Shown: positions 48,868-53,041 of the stretch, piece after piece
Layout: each line of letters opens with the position of its first letter
Position numbering within the stretch: the stretch's first letter is position 1
Origin: Firmicutes bacterium UBA5473
GTDB lineage: Bacteria > Bacillota > DTU084
Assembly: GCA_002427165.1 (NCBI GenBank)
Contig: DIQB01000129.1
Span: forward strand, 1 to 53,041
Length of the DNA: 53,041 nt
Direction of reading: 5' to 3'
Program-made: the position numbers and the translations under genes
The notes under the pieces: generated by a model
Told to the model about the DNA's origin: nothing
The model's database searches: none
The model's input: the letters and a program-made list of their open reading frames with translations, nothing else

Positions 48868-50469
48868 ATGTATAAGTTACTCATTGTGGATGATGAAGAG
48901 CTAGATCGCAAGCTAGTCAGGCTTATGCTCGAAGGCGAGACCCAATTTGAGATTGTAGGTGAGGCAGAAGACGGGCTAGCTGCAATCAAGCTAGCACAAA
49001 AACTTGAGCCGGATATTATTTTGATGGATATCCGCATGCCCGATAAAAATGGCTTAGACGCAGCAAAAGAGATTAAAGCTTTTTTGGGAAAAGTAAAAAT
49101 AATTATGCTCACCGCCTATGATGATTTTCATTACGCGAGAGAAGCTATTTCGGGGAAGGCATCAGCATACTTGCTCAAACCCATCGATCAAGAAGAGCTA
49201 TTTGAGACACTTTCGCGTACAGCCCGAGAGTTGGAAGAAGAAAATATAGAAAAGCAAAAACAGGCGCAAGTGAAAGCGGAATTTGATGCCAATATCGATG
49301 TTATCCGTACAAGGTTTTTCAATGATCTGCTCGAGGGTAGCTGGAAAGACCATGGGATTTATGAGGATTTAGAGGAACGGCTGGCTCTCTTACAATTAGT
49401 CGTGCTCCCTAACGTGGTTGTAGTTTTCAAACTTGAAGAAGGATTAAATCGGCAAGGGAAAGCACCCTATGTTTTTTATGAATTACTAAGACACGAAATA
49501 TTTATCCATCTTAAAAACACCTTAAAAGAATATTTCTGGAACTCATTTTTGCTTTCCGACTCCTTCCGCTCTAACTATATTTTAGCGGCTGTCCCTGAAA
49601 ATAATGAAATTCAAAAAAAAGAACTCTTGCAGCTATTGTCCGATTGGCAGAGAAAAATACAGGAAGCATATTCAATCCCCATTGCTATCGGGATTGGCAG
49701 AACCTATGAGCGGATCTTTGAAATTGCCAAATCGTATGAAGAGGCGATGATCGCCATTAGCTCTAATATGGGAGAGGGTTCGCTAATTTGTTACGATGAC
49801 TTGGGTGAGGAAGGGAATATGACCTCCTATCCAAGCTATCTTGAAGAACAGCTGTTATTGGCGATTCGTACTGGCAACCTGAATGAATCCATGAAGCTTG
49901 TTGAGCACTTTTTATCTTTTTTTATCGATAAAGTTGATTTGGAAATGGGGAAACTGCTGGTGTCCGAAACCTTATTGAAAGCGATGAGAGTGGTCACAGT
50001 ATCCGGGGCAGCAGAGCTCAAAGCAATTGAAGATCAACTTGAGATAACAAAACAGCTGGTGGCTATGGATAACTGGGTTGAGCTGTCTTCATGGCTTAGG
50101 CATAAGATTCAAAATTTGGTTGAGCTTGTAGTTGCAGCAAAAGGAAGTAGAAAATATAAGCTTGTACAGAGGTCAGAGGAGTATCTGAAGGAGCATTATG
50201 GAAGAGATTTAAGTCTAGATGAAGTATCAAGCGATCTTCAAATCAGCTCCTGCTATTTTAGCAGTATTTTTAAAGAAGTAACAGGCAGTAGCTTCAGTGA
50301 TTATCTCCTCGATTTGCGTATTGCTAAAGCAAAGGAGCTACTTGGTAACCCTCTACTGACAATTTCTGAGGTAGGATACAAAGTTGGCTTTAACGACCCT
50401 GCATACTTCAGTCGCGTTTTCAAACGGATAGTGGGAGTTTCTCCCACCTTCTTTCGCGATGCTCAATGA
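48868..50469 (+). CDS. Response regulator with AraC HTH (YesN-type)
   Basis: LIVDDE, DIRMP and YLLKP receiver motifs; C-terminal YFSSIFK..G and VGFNDPAYFSRVFKR. Confidence 0.95.
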   Translation: MYKLLIVDDEELDRKLVRLMLEGETQFEIVGEAEDGLAAIKLAQKLEPDIILMDIRMPDKNGLDAAKEIKAFLGKVKIIMLTAYDDFHYAREAISGKASAYLLKPIDQEELFETLSRTARELEEENIEKQKQAQVKAEFDANIDVIRTRFFNDLLEGSWKDHGIYEDLEERLALLQLVVLPNVVVVFKLEEGLNRQGKAPYVFYELLRHEIFIHLKNTLKEYFWNSFLLSDSFRSNYILAAVPENNEIQKKELLQLLSDWQRKIQEAYSIPIAIGIGRTYERIFEIAKSYEEAMIAISSNMGEGSLICYDDLGEEGNMTSYPSYLEEQLLLAIRTGNLNESMKLVEHFLSFFIDKVDLEMGKLLVSETLLKAMRVVTVSGAAELKAIEDQLEITKQLVAMDNWVELSSWLRHKIQNLVELVVAAKGSRKYKLVQRSEEYLKEHYGRDLSLDEVSSDLQISSCYFSSIFKEVTGSSFSDYLLDLRIAKAKELLGNPLLTISEVGYKVGFNDPAYFSRVFKRIVGVSPTFFRDAQ

Positions 50470-50499
50470 GAAACCCCTCAAATGTAATAAATACCGGGA

Positions 50500-51441
50500 G
50501 TGATCCTTTTGGAAAATAATAAATCCCTGGGGAAACAGATTTGGAAAAATAGATGGAACTATCTTTTTCTCGCTCCAACTATTATTTTATTTACTATGTT
50601 TACCATCTACCCTGTAATAGCCAGTTGGGTAATTTCCTTTTATAATTGGAATGGAATGGAGCCGTTAAATGACTTCGTTGGTGCTTCGAACTTCATTAAA
50701 GTTGCAACAGACCCCGGCTTTTGGAAGGCTTTTAAGAATAGTTTCATCTACATGCTAGGGGTTGTTCCTATTCAATTATCACTCTCTTTGATTGCTGCGA
50801 TTTTTCTAAATAACCCCAAACTTAAGGGAAGCACAGTTTATCGTACTTTGCTATTTCTGCCTGTGGTTACAACCACAGCTGTAGTTGGCATCATTATGGC
50901 TTTTATCTTTGGTACATATAACGGCGTTATCAATGAACTTTTACTGGCTACGCGCTTGATAAAGCAACCGGTGAATTGGCTCGGCTCTGCGAATACTGCA
51001 ATGGCTATTATTATCACCGTTGGGATCTGGAAAACTTTTGGCTATAACCTAATCTACTGGCTAGCAGGATTGCAATCAATTCCCGGTGAACTGTATGAGG
51101 CTGCAAAGGTAGACGGAGCCAGCAGCAGGCAGCAGTTCCGCTATATCACCGTTCCCCTTTTGAAGCCCATCGCAATTATAATCATATTGCTTGCAATTAT
51201 CGGGAGCTTAAATGTTTTTGATTTGGTGAAGGTAATGACAGGTGGCGGGCCCGCTTATGCTACCGATGTTGTTGCTACATATATTTATCGATATGCCTTC
51301 AGCACGGAAAAGGGCATTCCCAGACTCGGTTTTGCCAGTGCAGCAGGCGTCTTCTACGGTGTGACAACGATGTTGATTGCAATAATCCAGGGGGCTTTAA
51401 TGAAAAATGCCAATCGGGAACGTGCAGATTACCAATTATAG
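50500..51441 (+). CDS. Carbohydrate ABC transporter permease
   Basis: YLFLAP, AGLQSIP.ELYEAAKVDGAS and MTGGGP motifs. Confidence 0.94.
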   Translation: MILLENNKSLGKQIWKNRWNYLFLAPTIILFTMFTIYPVIASWVISFYNWNGMEPLNDFVGASNFIKVATDPGFWKAFKNSFIYMLGVVPIQLSLSLIAAIFLNNPKLKGSTVYRTLLFLPVVTTTAVVGIIMAFIFGTYNGVINELLLATRLIKQPVNWLGSANTAMAIIITVGIWKTFGYNLIYWLAGLQSIPGELYEAAKVDGASSRQQFRYITVPLLKPIAIIIILLAIIGSLNVFDLVKVMTGGGPAYATDVVATYIYRYAFSTEKGIPRLGFASAAGVFYGVTTMLIAIIQGALMKNANRERADYQL

Positions 51442-52287
51442 GTGGGGAATGAGATGAACAAACAGTCAAGATATTATGAGAAAATCACACACATTATTTT
51501 TACCATTATTTGTTTTGCTTGGGTTTACCCGTTTTTATGGATGGTCTTCACATCATTTAAAACTGAAGAGGAGATGTTCGCCGGCGGCTTGCGCCTTCTG
51601 CCTTCCCACTTTAACTTCGGCAATTTCATTCGTGCCTGGGAACAAGCAAATTTCAGCATTTACTTTTGGAACACAGTTATTGTTACTGTTGTGGGTGTCC
51701 TAATTACGATCTTTTTAACATCAACATCTGGCTATACACTAGGTAGATATAACTTTCCAGGAAAGAAATTCTTCATCGGAACTGTTATGGTGATGATGTT
51801 TATGCCTAAGGGATATACCATTATCCCCACTTTCGAACTGATAAGGCAGCTGGGCCTTTTAGACAGCCTTGCAGGTGTAATTTTAGCTCAGGTAGGTGGG
51901 GTTAATACCATGGGAGTTCTATTGTTTATGGGGGCTTTTTCGCAGATTCCGAAAGAATTAGAGGAGGTGGCAAAATTAGATGGAGCAAGTTACCCCAGGA
52001 TTTTCTGGCAGATAATGCTCCCCATGGTCAAGCCCATAATCGCCACAGTGAGCATTTTCCAATTTATGAGCTCATGGAATGACTTTTTTACACCGCTGGT
52101 TTTCACACTTGGCAAGCCAAATTTGAGGACACTTGGCGTAGGCATGTATTCGTTCATAGGCGAACATTCAACAGATTGGGTAGGGATGGCAGCGGCAGCT
52201 AGCATCTCCCTGATTCCCATTATCATCGTCTATATGTGTTTGCAGCGTTATTTTATTGAAGGCATTGCAGGCGCAGTTAAAGGATAA
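51442..52287 (+). CDS. Carbohydrate ABC transporter permease
   Basis: TSFKT, IPKELEEVAKLDGAS, WNDF and GAVKG motifs; start may be ATG 51454. Confidence 0.94.
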   Translation: MGNEMNKQSRYYEKITHIIFTIICFAWVYPFLWMVFTSFKTEEEMFAGGLRLLPSHFNFGNFIRAWEQANFSIYFWNTVIVTVVGVLITIFLTSTSGYTLGRYNFPGKKFFIGTVMVMMFMPKGYTIIPTFELIRQLGLLDSLAGVILAQVGGVNTMGVLLFMGAFSQIPKELEEVAKLDGASYPRIFWQIMLPMVKPIIATVSIFQFMSSWNDFFTPLVFTLGKPNLRTLGVGMYSFIGEHSTDWVGMAAAASISLIPIIIVYMCLQRYFIEGIAGAVKG

Positions 52288-52306
52288 AAGAGAGGAGAGG
52301 GTATTG

Positions 52307-53041
52307 ATGAAGAAATGGCCCTGGATAATCGGTATTTTAGTAGCTTTATTGGTAGTAGTTGTAACAACTCGCAAACCTGATAGGCAAGTAGCTACAGGAG
52401 AGCAGATAGTAGTGAAAGTCTGGGATTGGGGAGTATCACAACAGAAGATTTACGAGGAACAGTTTGCAAAGTTCATGGAGAAAAACCCTGATCTAAAAAT
52501 CGAACATCAAGTGATTCAAAGCGGACAATATGATAACCTTCTGCAGCTAGCGCACAAAAATAACAATGTTCCCGATATCTTCTGGCAACCCGGTTCCCTA
52601 AAAGTGGTAGAGCTTGTAGAAATGGGGTGGATCGAGCCCTTAACCGAGTATATCGGAAAGAACAAAGATAATTTTGCTCCCAATAGTTTCGTCTCCGGAA
52701 ACAACGTCATCGGTGGGGAAATATATACTTTCCCCGATATGGAGCCGCGCACAGGTGTCTATACCCCGCTGTATTGGAATAAAAAGTTATTCAAACAAGT
52801 GGGTCTTGAAGGCCCACCGAAGAATTGGACGGAACTTCGGGAATATGCTCGCAAAATTACGAAAGCAGGGAAAGGCAAGTTTTATGGTTTTATCTTAGGC
52901 GGAAAAGAAGATTTCTGCTGGGATATGAACATAACGGCCTTGGCCGGCGAAAATGGTGCTCCTACTGGTGGGTTAAACTACCAGCAGGGCAAATATGACT
53001 ATAATAAACCTGCTTTTATTGATGCTTATAAAATACTTAAA
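52307..53041 (+). CDS. Carbohydrate ABC transporter substrate-binding protein (partial, runs off window)
   Basis: Not in the ORF track. Open frame from ATG 52307: MKKWPWIIGILVALL...FMEKNPDLKIE...PDIF...LYWNKKLFKQVGL..PPKNW.EL. Confidence 0.9.
   Translation, partial: MKKWPWIIGILVALLVVVVTTRKPDRQVATGEQIVVKVWDWGVSQQKIYEEQFAKFMEKNPDLKIEHQVIQSGQYDNLLQLAHKNNNVPDIFWQPGSLKVVELVEMGWIEPLTEYIGKNKDNFAPNSFVSGNNVIGGEIYTFPDMEPRTGVYTPLYWNKKLFKQVGLEGPPKNWTELREYARKITKAGKGKFYGFILGGKEDFCWDMNITALAGENGAPTGGLNYQQGKYDYNKPAFIDAYKILK

Noticed and set aside
1..53041. CRISPR array, rRNA or tRNA genes
   Set aside because: No regularly spaced short direct repeats and no recognisable rRNA or cloverleaf sequence seen.

Overview
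53 kb of bacterial DNA, probably from an anaerobic Bacillota genome (AGGAGG RBSs, sigma-H-like promoters, LacI and YesM/YesN-type regulators). By eye it falls into three blocks. (1) ~1-31.5 kb is an AT-richer glycan-utilisation island. It encodes secreted CBM/FN3/FlgD-Ig proteins, three paralogous DUF4091/GH123-like secreted enzymes, two GH2 beta-mannosidase-like enzymes, a sugar ABC importer, oxidoreductases, an esterase and a LacI regulator. It also holds mobile-element debris (IS1634 and IS4-like transposase pseudogenes, a collapsed RIT tyrosine-recombinase element, a decayed group II intron RT) and reciprocal gene remnants from an old two-gene duplication. (2) ~32.5-46.9 kb is GC-richer. 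It starts with a three-gene coiled-coil + NxD-type McrB GTPase + DUF2357/PD-(D/E)xK McrC operon (CoCoNuT-like putative defence system; the strongest candidate for an uncharacterised system here). A ZIP transporter, a paaK-ACT-glycerate kinase-RACo-BtuFCD-like operon and a GH130 phosphorylase follow. (3) ~47.3-53 kb is a two-component system with a second sugar ABC importer that runs off the window. No rRNA, tRNA or CRISPR array was seen. All family calls come from motif recognition by eye, not database searches.
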